Shown here piece by piece: positions 1-15,000 of a stretch of DNA of 64,000 nt. Each line of letters starts with the position of its first letter. Position 1 is the first letter of the stretch. A program made the position numbers and the translations under genes. Where the stretch lies: assembly GCA_021108075.1 (NCBI GenBank), contig JAIORP010000120.1, forward strand, positions 21,557-85,556. The letters are read 5' to 3'. The stretch comes from Candidatus Omnitrophota bacterium. GTDB lineage: Bacteria > Omnitrophota > Gorgyraeia > Zapsychrales > Zapsychraceae. The notes beneath the pieces were generated by a model. It was given only the letters and a program-made list of their open reading frames with translations, was not told the origin of the DNA and did not search any database.

Positions 1-25
1 TGCCGGTTCAGAATGGGTCCTTCCA

Positions 26-3000
26 ATGCTAACATCCTCCATGGTATTTGAAGGGCTTGCGCTTATTGTCCTGGGATATGTTGCCTGGCGAGTGGCCTGT
101 CTAGCGGTCAGAATGATTTGGAGTATTGGTGCGATGATCAAAGATCAATTCGGCGCCAAGGGCCAATATATCATCGAGCGTGAGGGAGGCAGGGCCCGTA
201 AGACGAATAGAGGAGCGACCGCCATATCGATCATATTATTTATAAGCGGTTTTGTTTTCTTTTTTGAATCTGCCTGGGGATGGGTTGCCCATCAATCCGA
301 TATGTTGTCGCGGGAACTTCCATCGACCGGTATTGATATCATGAGCGTGTCACCTGTTCAAGCAGCATGGCTGATGATTGCGGCTTTCGGTCTGGTTGCC
401 GCGGGTCTCTTGATATGTCTCTTTAAACGTCAACGGGCTGACCAGCGATTGTTGCCGCGCATCTTTTATAATAACGGAGAACCAACCGTTTTCTTCGCGT
501 CTGTCCGTGGATTGATCAGGAAATTTTTCCGCCCATCATTCAGCGATATTTTATCAGCGTATTTCAAAGATCAACCGGCCTTGAACGTGCTTGGCCTTGG
601 TGTTGGACAGGCGCATTTTGAACTCGGTCTCCGTCGACGGTTGGAACAAGCAGGTTATCACGTCAATCTGATGGGTGTTGATCACAATATGGACGCAAAA
701 GTCTTAAATCAGAAAAATCTGAAGGTCCCCGCGCAAAGAGATGAAGACGTGGTTGCTGTTCTTGGAGAACACTCACAGGATATTGTGGTTGTCAAAGCGC
801 CGGAATCCGGGCATATCCGTGAAGCCCTGGAAATGGCCTATCGATTGGTCAAAGACGGCGGATTAATTCTGACATCGATGTACGATTATCCTCGGGACCG
901 GATGTCTGTGAAGGTTTTAAGTGTGGAATCGCTTAATGGTTTTATATCATCAAAAATTGATCACTTTGCGCAGCAGAATGCAACAACACTTCAATTACAG
1001 GCGCTGGATTATCAGCCGTTGTTCACACCGAAGGGCGGGGATCCGGTATCCTATCCTATTTTTATCCAGGTGAGGAAGTCACGCGACAGGGAATATCAAA
1101 CAATGCAAATGAATCAATTTACGATGAAGCATATCACCTTCCTACTCCGTGAAGTGTTTGACCGCGGCGTCGGGGTCGTGATGTTATCTGTATGCTCACC
1201 ATTGATGCTTTTAATTGCCGTATTTATTAAATTGTTCCAGGGCGACGGGATTATGTTTATGCAAAAACGGATGGGCACAAACCGTGAGTTTGTGATGTAT
1301 AAATTCCGCACGATGACAACTGAGTTTGACCCGATTGAGAGATCGGAAACAACATTAGGGCGTATTCTTCGCCCCACACGTCTTGATGAACTGCCGCAAC
1401 TCTGGAATTTGGTTAATGGTGATATAGGTATTATTGGGCCGAGGCCGTTACCGCTCCGCCTTATCACGAAGGTTGGTCATCAAGCCTATAGAGCGAGCGG
1501 ATTAGCGCGACGCAAGAAGGGACTGATTGATGGATTAACGATGAATTTTATTTTACATGAACTCGTTAAACATTTGTCACAGAGCCGAATAACAGTCATT
1601 CAAGCATGGGCCAAACAACGGATCCAGAAATATTTTAGGAAATATTTGAATTATATCCGGGAGCAGCCAGACAAACAATTCATCTTTGAAGTGAACATGC
1701 TGTCCATTTTTGAGAAAACCCCGGTTGATTTCGAAAGCGTCAGCCAAAGCATTTTATTTAATAACCGTGAACACAATGACCGGGAGCCCATACGTAAGAA
1801 GTCGGCGATCCGTCTGTATTTACCGAAAGATTTTGAGAAACGATTTGCCCGGGTGAATACGGCAACCGCCCTTAATTTGATCCGTGATTTAGCCCGTCAA
1901 CCGCAAGGCCATGAAAGCGGAAGCTGGGTCCAACTGTCTGACCAGGAACAATTGGCCTTGATGGTGAAGGCTCTGGCTGCATCGCTGTGGCGCGATGATG
2001 TGACTGAACTTGCGCTCGCCCTGGAGGTCTTTGTCAAGTACGCGGATAACCTCCTGTATGATTTATGCGAAGACGCGACGGATTTGATTAAATCCTTCCT
2101 TAAAGTTTATCAAAAACGAGAAATTTTAAGATTTATACATTCTTCCTTCGGGGAGCAATTGCCACATGAATGGGTCGGATTTTTACGGGATGTGATTACT
2201 TATGTCTCGCTGCTGGAAAGTCAAGACGGGTATACTTATGGCCATGACACGCGTGTGGCGGAACTAAGCCTGGCTATCGCGCGAAAGATGCAAGCTAACG
2301 GACAAGCGCAATTTGATGCCGCGGCCTTACGCGATCTGTTCCTCGCTGGACTTCTGCATGACCTGGGCAAATTATTGGTACCGCTACCCGTTCTGAACAA
2401 GACAAAGCCGCGCACGCAAGCGGATGTCAGTATTTTCCACTTGCATCCGGAATGGGCCTTACAGTTGATCGATCTACCACCCGCGGCCAGCAGCGTCGGC
2501 GCCGGCGTTCTGTATCACCATATTTATCACAACCTGAAGAACGGGTACCCTCTTGACAGACTTTACGGCCAACCGTTGCCATTAAGCGCGCAAATCATCG
2601 CGGCTGCGGATACCTTCGACGCGCTCCATACAGACAGGACATACCGCAAAGGCGTTTCTGAACAGCAAGCCCTTGAGACAATGCACCCGTTGAAAGGCTC
2701 ACAATTATTGACAACAGCCGTCGAGGCTCTTGAGCAGCTGCACAAGGATAATCAGTTATCTTCTTATTATCACAATGGGCATGAACACAACCGCGCTTAC
2801 ATTTTATTGATCAAGTTGGTTAAGGATGCCAATGGTTTCAGCGCGAAGAAGGACACAAAAGATAAGGGTCAACCCGCCCGTTCAACCAGGTTCCCTCCGT
2901 ACATGCACTTAAAAGCTGAAGACCGGGAGATCATCAAAAAGATTAAACCAAAAACACAGATGATCCCCGGGGCCCGTCAAGGAGGACCCGCATTCTACTT

Positions 3001-6000
3001 GCCGCACTTCAATATCCCTGTTTATATTATTACACCGATTTATCCTTACCATATTAAGAAATTAGAAGAAGCCGTTGAGTGGATTGTGAAGAGCGGGTGG
3101 TTAACGTCTTATCCTGAAACCATGAAGTCCACAAATTGTATTTATATGGCCTATGATGAAACCGACCGGGCTGCGGGCGAAGCATATGATAACGGCGCGA
3201 CGTATGTTTACGTGAACGATTTTATGAAACAGTATGCCAGTTTCACCGCGGGAATCCTGATTCACGAAGATATTCATCATCAAAACAACCGGTTAACACC
3301 TTATTGGGACCGCTTAGATTTACCGGACAGTATTTTGAAGTACTATCCGAGGATCAGGCACGATTGGATGAAAGAAAGCTTCCGTATGCCGTCAGGCCTG
3401 TTGCATGAGTTGATTTCTTATTCGTATGAAATTCAATTTTTAAAACGCTTGTTGAGGCATAGTTTGGTTATGTCAAAGGCCGAGAGACAAAGCATTATGT
3501 CTATCATTCGGCATCGGAATGCAAAGAGCAAACACGTCTTAAAAATTTTATATTACCGCCGTCCGTTGATGAACACCGAAGGGGTGCAGATCTATTGGGA
3601 TTGTTGTTCGACCTGGCAGGACATTGATCAGTTTGTGAGCCGGAGGAGTCAACCGCGCAGTGTCGTTCCTACTCCGCGGCCAGTTTCAAGTAACCAGCAA
3701 GCTGATATGTTGAAATGGCTCGAGAGGAGAAAGCTCAAGCGTAAAGAAAAAGCTGATATCTGGGGATCATTCTATTTTGGCCTCCGGTATATTCATCGCG
3801 GCGGATCTGGCCTGATCAGACAAGCCGGGGCGATTTATCAAGCCTTTGTTACGGAATATGGATTTGCGCGCGGAACAATGCGCGCGTTCACGCATGCTAT
3901 CGCCACACCACACCATAAAGATCCGGCCTTTGCGCAATTACCGGATATCTTTAGATGGGCGATTGACGCGCATGAACAAGCCCATCACGCCGGGCTCAAT
4001 GAAAAGGCTGCTTACCTGGTTAATATCCAACCCTTGAGATCGGCACATGACCGCCATCCATTGAAAATATTCCGATTCTTAACCGTTATGAGCCTGAGAG
4101 CGAAACAGGTATTTATTTTGATGGTCATATTTGTCTATCTCTTTATCAATATTGTTTTCCCGGTTGACGCGGGGCAGGAAGCGGATAAGAACCTACCAGA
4201 TTCAGCAGGGGTTAAACTGCCGGTAAGAGTTGAAAGCCATGGGTTGTCCCATTGGTTGGATCAATTAGAACGGGTCGATCGGCATGTCACCATACCGCTT
4301 TCCGCGTTAGGACAGATGCGGGATTATCGGGCGGTTCCCCTTATCATAAAAAGATACGAGAAAGCGAAATCAACGGATGCGAAAGTCAAGATTATTTGGA
4401 CATTAAGACATTTTGATACGGAAGAGGTTGTTGCTTTCTTAACAGGGTTATATGTTCAGTATGGATTAGGATACCGGTTGCAACAGGCAGTTGAATCATC
4501 CCTGATCGAACTCAAACACATCGCGGTTCCTTATATCATAGACTTGATCGAGAAGTCAAATAAAAGATTACCCGGAGAGGTAAAGCTTCTTACGTTTGTC
4601 TCCGAACATGGTAGCGACCTGGCCGACGCATCCAAATCCGATCAGTCCGTCAGCCGTTTAAAGGCGAAGGTCAAACAAGGTCCGACATCTTCATTGTGGC
4701 AAGAAGGCCGGGTTGTTTCAGCCGCTAACAGTCTACTGGAAATGAGAACGCAAGATTATTCTAAGTTAAAGGCCCGATCAAAGATCAAAATATTGATGGA
4801 AAGAAGAGGAGCCTCTGGCCGGTATTTAACAAATTTGTGGGCGCAGACAAAGTCTTTAGACCAGCAGAAAAAGATTATTATTTTGTGGGGGGAGATCCGA
4901 TATATTTATGCTGTTCAAATTCTGAAAGATATTCAAGTCGGGGGAGCGCGGGAGTTACGCGCGTTAGCCGATAAATCGCTTCATCAGTTGGATGCTGAGA
5001 TCGAGCGCATTATCAGAAAAGAAAAAGAAAAACGCTGGATTATGTCTCAAGATAACAACCTTGTTTTCTTGGCTAAATATCATTTGGATATGCTCGTCAA
5101 ATATTTATCCGCGGATTATGAGGATTTTCATTTTGTTCTTTACAATGTCTTCGGTCAAGCTGGAAATAGCGAATCTGTGCCATGTCTCGTAGAAGGGCTT
5201 AACTCTGATGTCAGAAAAAATAGAGACGCGGCGGTTAAAAATTTGGGCCGGATCGGTGATCCCCTCGCGGTTCCGGCCCTCATTGACGTCATGAGAGATG
5301 GAAGTGTCATAACCGCATCGCTGGCATTATTAGAGGTAGACGACATTTATGGCATCATCGCGTCCTATGGTTACCGGGATAATGAATTGGTCCTGTATTT
5401 ATTGTCACCGATGCGAGAAGAGGTCCGGGTTCAATTGATCAAAGCCTTAAGAGATGAGGACAAGCGCATACAATGGGGCGCCTTAAAACTTATCCGTCAT
5501 TTCGGTGGAGTGGATCCGCAGGAATTAATTGATGTTTACACCCAATATGATTCTAAAGCGGGCCGCTTGATGGCAGAGATATTATCAGAGCAGGCAAAAG
5601 AAGAAGCGGTCAAGAAAATCCAGAGGAAGATCGAATCCACCATCGATGAAGATTTTAAACGGGTGAAAGAAGCGTATCTTCCACTGTTAAAGGATTTGGA
5701 CTCGAACGCCCATAGCCAGGCCAAATGGCATGTGTTCTGGAATTATTATTTGCCATTAGTCAGGGATAAAGCCATCATCTTGATCCTGCATTTGATACCG
5801 ATAACGATCCTGTTTATCCTTCTGAATCGATGGTTTAGAAGACAGAAAAGGGCTGATATCTGGGGATCATTCTATTTTGGCCTCCGGTATATTCACCGCG
5901 GCGGATCTGGCCTGATCAGACAAGCCGGGGCGATTTATCAAGCCTTTGTTACGGAATATGGATTTGCGCGCGGAACAATGCGCGCGTTCACGCATGCTAT

Positions 6001-9000
6001 CGCCACGCCAAATGACAAAGATTTGGCATTTAAGCATCTGCCGGAAACGATTAAACGGGGGATTGACGCGCATGAACAAGCTCATCGCGAAGGGCTCAAT
6101 GAAAAGGCCGCTTACCGCATCAATATCCAGTATTTCAGGGTTAAAGACCGTGTCGAGGCCATGATTGAAGACGTGATGGTTGACCGCGACCAATTGAGCC
6201 TGTTCATTCGAGAAATGTTAAGACGGTTTACGTTCGCGGAACATTTTGTTGACTTTTTGATCCGCCATAAAGAAGGTGTTCAGGTGGTTGCCCTTAAGGT
6301 GCATGACTTCAAGAATCAATTCATCGGACGCGGGGAAGAATTAGGCGTCGGACATAAACTCGGATCCATTGCCCTGTCGAACGTTATCGCTCGCCATCTT
6401 AGAGACGCCATCAATAAATACCTGAAAGACAATAATTTCCGCAGGATTGTTAAGGACAATGTTTTTAACGAAGGGGATACCTTCTTTGTCGTGATCGGAT
6501 ATACGCGTGCTACCCGTGAGAACCAATCGTTTGATATTGAGACGATGATACAGTATATTCTCAGGTCATCGTCTTTCCGCAGTAAAGTTGTTAAAGGTGT
6601 GAAGAAACGCTCCGGCATCGCCAGGAAATTAGACGATTTTACCGAGAAAGATTTTCATATGTATGGCGGTATTTCTAAATTATATGAAGGTTCGTTAAGC
6701 CAGGAAGATATGGGTACGGTCCTGAGCGTCGCGGACCGTCTGCAAATGCAAGCCATGCGCACAGCGAATATGATCCACCTTAAGTACACAAGTTACTATG
6801 CCGATTTCCTCGAAGAAATGAAAACCTTGCTGGCACGGACAGATTTAACGGAACAGGAAATGTTGGACCGCCGTGAATTGTTGTACCGAAGACTGAATAA
6901 GCTCATCCTGAGACAAAAAGTCAGCCGGGTCCAATTGTTTTCGACGATTATAGCAAAAGAAATTAAGAGAGCGCAAGGCGCAGGATTGACGAAGAAGATT
7001 AATCATTTTGACACAGTTACAGAACTTTATCCAGATGATAAGGTCTCCACTATTGACATCAAGGTTGCATTATGGGAAGCCATTCAAGCAAAAGACATTC
7101 ATGAAACAAGGACCCAGTTGAGGAAATTGATCAACCGCCGCATCATCTACCGCAGTAACCGTATTCCAGGAAGAGACAATATCTTCACCGGGTACACCAA
7201 TATCCGCCGTTTCATTAACTATCTTATTCGACGGCGTCCGAGTGAAAGTTTTGACATGGTTTATCGTCTTGGACGACAATCTGATGAATACGCTGTTCTG
7301 CTTTGGGATGCACTTAACCAAAAATTAGCTGTGTTCCGGTTTGACGCGATGAATGTCTCGACCATTGCCAATTATTATAGCCGGGCGGCGGCCAGTGAAA
7401 TGTTGGACGAAATGAGTTTAGCGATCAAACATGTTGTCAAAGAATCAGCCAAAGACCATAGAACTTTAGCAGCGCGATTAATTTATATCCGCAAGAATTT
7501 ACACCGTCACATCGGTGAACGATTTAAAGATAAACCTTATTATGCCACACCGGCTGTTTATGATGTTTTCTTTGAAGAAATGACGATCTGGCGAAAGCAA
7601 AAAATTTATCTATTGGTCAAAGGGACAAATACGTCCTATTCCATGAAATTTAAGAATGGATGTCCGGAAATACGCCATTCAAACGGTTCGCTGGTAAGGT
7701 GGAATAACCTTCCGTTCACATACAAACACATAAACGGTGATCAGGCAAAGATCAAATTATTAGAAATAAATAAATACGCGTTGTTGAGGATAAAACCAGA
7801 GGTTTATCAACGGCTCCAAAAAACAGGGCGCGTCTATAATGATGATGAAATGATAAACGGAACAGTTGTGATTCCGACCATTCCAATTCTGCCAGGGGGA
7901 TATTTGATTGTTGATGTCGCCGCTATCAGACAGGATGACCTGATGAAAGATTTTGGTGACTTGCAATGGTATGCCGATAGCATGGCCGAATGGATAAAGA
8001 ATCATGTGATTAGACCACACCAGATTATGGGCCGGATCATAAGGCCGCGGATGACAATATCGGAATGGCGCAATGATATTAAAAGTGATATTGCTCAATT
8101 AAAAGAGTATCATCCCACACCGTATAAAGTTTTAGTCGCGGAGATGATGTTGCAGCGCGTTCTGAAAGAAAAAGAACAAAGCGAAGAGAGGAAAAAAGAA
8201 GAGCGGGAGGACACATTAAGAGACGAGATAGATTCGGATACAGGTTATCAAACATCTGCGTTCGGTTCGTTTGTCTTTGGCAGCGTCATGACCGTGCCGG
8301 TTCTCTTCGGCGTGAAGCTCGCCGTAGTGCTGTCTCTATCAAGTCCGGCGCTTGGTGTTCTGACCGGACTTGTCAGTCTCGTCGCGGCTTTTGTCGCGGC
8401 GCATTATTTCAGAGAGTTTATTGAAATTGCTTTAGCCACGTTGCTCGTCAAGTTCGGACGCATACGCGGCCCGGATGCGGTCAGACAGAATTTGGCCGAA
8501 GAGTGGCGTACGGCTGTTGAACATGGCCGTGCGGTTGTGACTCCGACACTTAAACAACCGGCTCAGAAACGAAAGACAGAAAATGTCATCCGCGTAAACC
8601 CTCAAATTTTATCGCGCTTATCGGTGAGTGTTCAACAGGCGATTTACCGTCATGAGATGCTGCACCTTAATGGTCAGGGAGAAATAAGCGCCTATTTGCA
8701 ACAAAATTTAATCATAGACAATGTTTGGAAGGGCATCCGTTTAGTTGTTTCAAACAAGAAATACCCCGTGATCCAGCAACTCTTTAAGAATGTGACAGAG
8801 GCGGACTCAGGGGCAGTTGATGATCGGCATCACGGTAAAGGCCGGATTCCAGCATTGGCCCATGTCTTAGTCGCGTGGCTTTATTGGTTGACGCGAAGAG
8901 TTCATAAATCGAACTTACCTGTCGCCTACGAAAAAGCATTACGGGTGGCCAAGGCCATCCAGCCATTGATCGAACAGGTTCTTTTCTGGAAGATTTCATT

Positions 9001-12000
9001 GCTGCTCATGGGGCTTATCAATATTCCGATCGGGATCCTGATCACGTGGGGTCTTTTCTATGGTCTGCACTTTTTCGAAACAAAGGATTGGAAAAAGCCT
9101 TCTTCTTTCCAGATATTGTGGGTTTCTGTTGTGAATGTCCTTGCCCAGGATATCCTGGTCTTGATGCCTCTTGACCAGGTTGCGTTGTTTAATATTTTCA
9201 GTTTGAGTGCCCATCCATACGCTTATGCTGCGTTTGCGGCGGTACTTATTTATCACTATATTTACGAATACGGTTTTATCTATGTGTTCCGCCGTATATG
9301 GGGCCACCGGGTGAAAGTTCGATTACGTAAAGAATATGCGGAAAAGGGCCGATACGTCGGTGAATTTGAAGTTAAATACCGGTTTGGCCGGCCAAATTTA
9401 TTCGCTGATATTCTTTATCCCGCGAAAGCCTATAATGCCCACGTCTATGTTCCACAAAGAATAGTTAAGGAAGGATATAAAATTTATCGAGGGCGTATCA
9501 CGACCCATTCAAAACAAAAGCTGCATGACACGATTGACCGTATGCGGCGCGTCTCTGATATCTACATACCAAGATTCAAAGGGGTCCAATGGACGATTGC
9601 GGTTGATATCGATGATAAGGTCGGAAGTTTGTATGAACTCACACACCTATTAGGCCGTCACAATATTTTAATATCAGGTTTTCTCCCGCCGCAAATAAAT
9701 GAGCAACAGAAAAACGTCTGCCTGTTCCTCGAACTCGATGTGCCTAAACGAATCGGCAGTTATACGTCTTTGACAAAACTCATGCAAGAGAAATATCCTG
9801 AATTCGGAAAGGATGAAGACAGGCCGCCTATTCAGGGATCATTGTTTGAGAAGAAATTGAGTGAATTGATGGAAAACATCGGCATACGTCTATCCCTCCG
9901 GGAAGTGGACCTCTGGTTAAAGGCCTTATCGGTTAATAACCGTTATCTCTGTCGAGCCCGTAAAAATGAGCACGATGCTTACGTGGATCATTTTTTGAGG
10001 GTCGTTGAAATTTTAGTTTTGAAATTTGGCGTTAAGGACAAACAGGTCCTCCTGGCGGCCTTGTTGCATGACAGCGTTGAAGATGACGTCCTTACCCCAG
10101 AGGAACTGCGTCAATTATTTGGTGATGAGATCCATGATATCGTTATGCTGCTGTCTAAACGTCAACCTAAAATGGTTTATATTGATGAGAAGATGTACTT
10201 GTTAAATATGGTCAACGCGCTTGAATCGAACCGCAGCATTGCGTCAAAGGCGATCCTTATCAAATTAGCCGACCGCGTGCATAACATGCGAACATTAGAC
10301 ACCAAAGATGAAAATTTTCACCGCCGGTATTATTTCTCAACGATGGATACCTTTGTGAATGAGTTTGTCTTCGAGGTTATTAAGGCTTATGAACAGCAGC
10401 GTTTATCGGTACCAGAAAGCTATCCGATAAGCCGGGGTGTAAACTTGCTGGCCAAGCAAGTGTTGAAAACAGGTCGTCTGCTGTCCATCGTGACCTCTTC
10501 TAAAAAGATTCGTGTGGATGAGCTGTTTACTTATTTATCTAAGTTAGAAGAACCGATTGTCAAGGAGATGCTCAGGAAATTTAAAGTAGGAGAAAAAGTC
10601 GTGTCTGATATGGATTCAGAGGCGCTGGCCGTCTACCTGTATATGCTGTATCGACGGACAGTGTCAGGGAAATATAGTGATAATTATGAAGAAATTGTTA
10701 GCGTGGTCGCGATGTATACGGAAATTTACAAAGAGTTGGAACGCATGTCCGCGTTGAAATACCGACCATTGCGTTTGTTTGGGTATGATGAGGGTTCAGC
10801 GGGATCAGATCGAACGGGAACATCCGCATTGGCCTTCCCGAGACCAAATTGTTTTCTGGTGGAATTGTCCCGTCTAGGTATTGATGTGCTGAACTTAAAC
10901 GATAATATACCGGATAACAAGAAAGCTGTCTTTGACGATCAGATCATTATTTCTGCCCCGGAACTCATCTCTGTTATGGAATGTCTGCTTACGAGCGGCG
11001 AGCAATTTGATATTGATCATAATATCTATGTCTGTTCTCAGCTAACATACACGGTAAAAAATGACAGGATTCGAGAAGTCTGGCACGCGATATCCCATCG
11101 AGAATATCGTCAATTAGGACCTTTAGAGAAGAACAGCTATTTGCCATTTAAAGACTTTTTGAAATTAAACGTAGCTGATGTCTGGTTAGGCGCGCGCCGA
11201 AAAATGATTGAAGAAGACGAAGAGCTCCCAGGGCGTAAAGGTGTCAGCATGACGTTTATTACGAAATCTTTAAAAGAATTAGCGGACTATTGGCAAAAAC
11301 TAAAAGACATTTATCCTGGCGTGTCCATTTTTGGTTCATCACGGGTTCCTTCACCGGTCGCTAAAGAACTCGCTAAAAGACTTTCAGATCTGCTGTATGC
11401 CATCATTTCCGGCGGCGGTCCCGCGGCAATGTCCTCGGCTAATGAAGGTGGCCGTTTGGGTCGTCGAGGGGTTTCAGTTGGCCTGGCCTTACAATTACCG
11501 TTTGAAGAAGAAATCAATAAATATATTAATGAACCTTTCTATTTTGAATATTTCTTTACTCGACTCCTGGCATTCTTAACATTGAGTGTGGCCTTTATCC
11601 ATGTGAAAGGTGGTATTGGAACCCTTGATGAATTCTTTACCGTCGCAGCGATGAAAGATCTTGGTATTATTTCTGAAGAAACACCGATTATCCTCGTGGA
11701 CAAAAAATTGTATGGTCCGTTAGATAAATTGTTGAAGCAATGGGATGAACTGGGGTATACGCGCCTGAAATCAGATCAAATTTACTCCCTGTACGGTAAT
11801 AAAGACGTGGATGCCATTATCCATGAAGTCATTTTCGCTTTTGAAAGGTTAACACAGGACGATATCCTTAGGTTGAAGAAAAAACAAGTCCGCCGCGACT
11901 TGCTCAGGATAAACCGTCATCTCAGGAGACTCGGACCCACCGTCGGTATTGTGGGCGCGCATCGCGGTGTCGGTCCGCAAAATTATAATTACGAGATGGC

Positions 12001-15000
12001 TGAACAGATCAGCACAGCTTTAGCAGAATTGGATTTATCCATCCTGCGCGTCTCTGAGACCGGTATCGGAGACGCGGTCCAGCAAGGTTTTCTGCGGGCC
12101 AAAAAAGAAGCCCGTCAGGAAGGAAAGATGTTTACCGCGCGGGATTGTTTGATCGGAACAAAAGATGATATAAACGGCAATGGTCATCCGATTGATAAGG
12201 TCTTGCGCCTGTCGCATGATTCGTTAAAGAAAGTGATTTTTAGTTATGGTTACAGTGATATCCTGCTGGCCTTCCCTGGCGGTTATTCAACGATGGAAAT
12301 TATTACGGAGATCGCCACCCTTATTAATACGGGAAAGATGAATCCGGCGCGTCCGATTATTCTTTTTAACAGCAAATACTGGGCGCCATGGATGGATTTC
12401 CTCAGGCACATGGTTGACTCGGGGTTAGTGTCTTCTGCCATATTAGATATCTTTTATGTCGTCGATACACCTCAACAAGTGTTGGATATTGTGGTTACTC
12501 ATTTTGATACTCTCGGGTGGTATGATGACCTCAACCATCTACTGAAATTTGAGGTTGATAGATCAACAGCTCTGTCCTGGCCGTACCTTTATGACGTGAG
12601 TGGAATTCTCATCAAGATGCGGTCTGTGTCCAAACAAAAAGGCTTTAAAGACATGTTGGGATATATGGAAAATTTGGTCATCAGAGACGCCGTCACACAA
12701 ACGCAAGGGAATTTGATCCAGGCCGCCCGTCTGCTGAATATGCATGATCGTTATGTCGAACGCCGTATGGAAGCGCTACGGTCAAAAGCGAAGAATAAAT
12801 TTAATACCAGATATAAATTTTCCATACGTGAGATCCGCCATTTAAATCTACTTTATGCCATGTTAGGTGTCAGGGATATCTATGCTTTGTCCCGCCGGGC
12901 AAGAAGAGAAAGCAAGACGCATTGGCAGTTCGTGCGTGACCGGACCTTTGAGAGGGTCTTACGTGCTGGCCAACTGAGTTATTCCGAGATCAACCTGTTG
13001 TATGATCGAATCCCGGGTTGGACAGAATACATGAAAAAGAAGTTAGACCTGGATGACAGAAAACATCAAAGAAAACGCAATCACAAAGGGAAGAAATCAG
13101 GTGGCACTCTGGCAGGGCGATCACGCCAGGAGGGCAACTGTTTTGAGAAAGCGCTGAAAAAGTTATCTGTAGATGTCTTGGCTTTAAAGAGGTTCTTGAG
13201 TCAAACGGATAAGGATATTTTTGATGGGTATCACATCATTTATGTCATCCCAGTACTTAAGGCCCTTCAACGCGCTTATTCCCAAGAAAATTTGGATAAA
13301 ATTTATCAGGATGTCCTGGTCTCACATCAGGCGTCTTACGGCGTTAAGGCCGACGGTCAAAGACGTGATATTTGGCATGCCATTACACGACGGGAATGGA
13401 TTCAATTATCCATCGCGGAAAAGCAAGAATATATGACCTTTGGTGAATTTACGCGCATGGCCCCATTGGCGCAGGCCTGGTTAGGCGCGGAAGTGAATCA
13501 GCATATTGTTCAAAGGGCTGAGGCGCTCGCTTTGAAACGCGATATTTATGAAGGTTGGGCACAATATGAATTCTCGCCGGAGGAAAGTCTCGTCTTGAAA
13601 AAGGCCTGGTTACGTCTAATGGATCAATCCAAACGTTACGCGCGCTGGCAACCGCTCACAAAAGGCATCATCGCGCGGTTAAAAGCGGAAAAAGCATTAG
13701 GTCAAAATATTGAGATCATAACGCCGTCGCAGGAAGAGCTCTGGACGATGATCATGCAAGTTGCCATGGAAGAAAACATACATTTCCCGTCACCTGACAA
13801 CTTGCGCATTATCACATTGGCCGGCAATAAAGCCCTGCTGGGCGTTGAAGAAGAGGCCTCTCATTATCTTCTGGTCCCTATCGATGAAATTGAAGGATTA
13901 GATCAGTTGCGCCAGCATGACCGGTATGTTTACACTCAGTGGCTTGATCACGAAGTTGCTCGTTTGATTGCCTTGCACAAAGACCGGCAACGTTCAGAAA
14001 AAGACATCACACAAGATTACCCTGTTCATTTATTCATTGATCGAATGAAGATGCTTCGGGATAAAAAAGGTGATATACGTGTTTTCGTCAATCGCCGCAT
14101 AGAACAGTTGGCTTTATTGCAAAAATTCTTTAATGGACAGGTATTAACACAAAGTGACGTTGAAGATGGTTTTAATCATATGGAGATTTACGCGCATGCC
14201 GGGTTGTTAACGCCAACGGGTATTATTAAATTACCCAACTCTCAGAAAGGTCTTAAGATTGTCGCCAAAGGCGAGCATATCGGTGAGTCCGTTTCCTTGC
14301 GCCTCTTTAATGATCCTAATCAGGGCATCATGTGTCAATGTTTGGTTTTTGTTCATGGTGCTGACGGATATGTTTATGAGAGCGCCAATCATTATTTGAG
14401 GGATAAGGTCACGCGTGAGTCCCAGCATTTGAGGACAAGCCCCAGTCGGCTTGACGGCATTGTTACCCTTAATGAGTTAGATCTGTATGCTTACTTCAGG
14501 GGTGAAAAAATATATCCCGTTAAAGACAGCGAGGAAGTTATCACGCGCAGACGAATTGTTCAAGAAGGTGAAACATTTGAACTGCCCAACAAAATTCAAC
14601 CGGCAGGCCGGATTAGGTTGATGTATTTGAAACGACAATATTTGATTAATTTATGCGGGCCAAATGAACAGACGAATAAAACTCCAGTCTTCAAATTCAC
14701 GGGCAATGATAATTTAGGGACCGTCTTGGTCAGTGGCGCTAAAGGATCGCAACCCGGTAATTATTATTATCAAGACGAAGAGGGTGAGTTGCGGCATCTA
14801 CGCGTGAAATCCAGCAGGTACAACCGTCTTATGAGTTTAGCAGAATGGCACGCCATCAGTTTCTTGCTGGGCCGCGCGGACATCAAGGCGATACCAGGGG
14901 AAAATGTTTTTACAACGTTTAGCAAAGTCAAGCCGGATGGATATATCTCCTTGCCGTATTTTGGAAAATTAATGGTTGCTGAAGGCAATTCGGAATATGC

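Noticed and set aside
26-28. ATG at 26 as the true start codon
   Set aside because: The frame is open to the window edge and no ribosome-binding site is evident, so the start is probably upstream.
6270-8000. Active diguanylate cyclase
   Set aside because: The signature reads EGDTF or QSDEY rather than GG(D/E)EF, so only a degenerate fold is supported.
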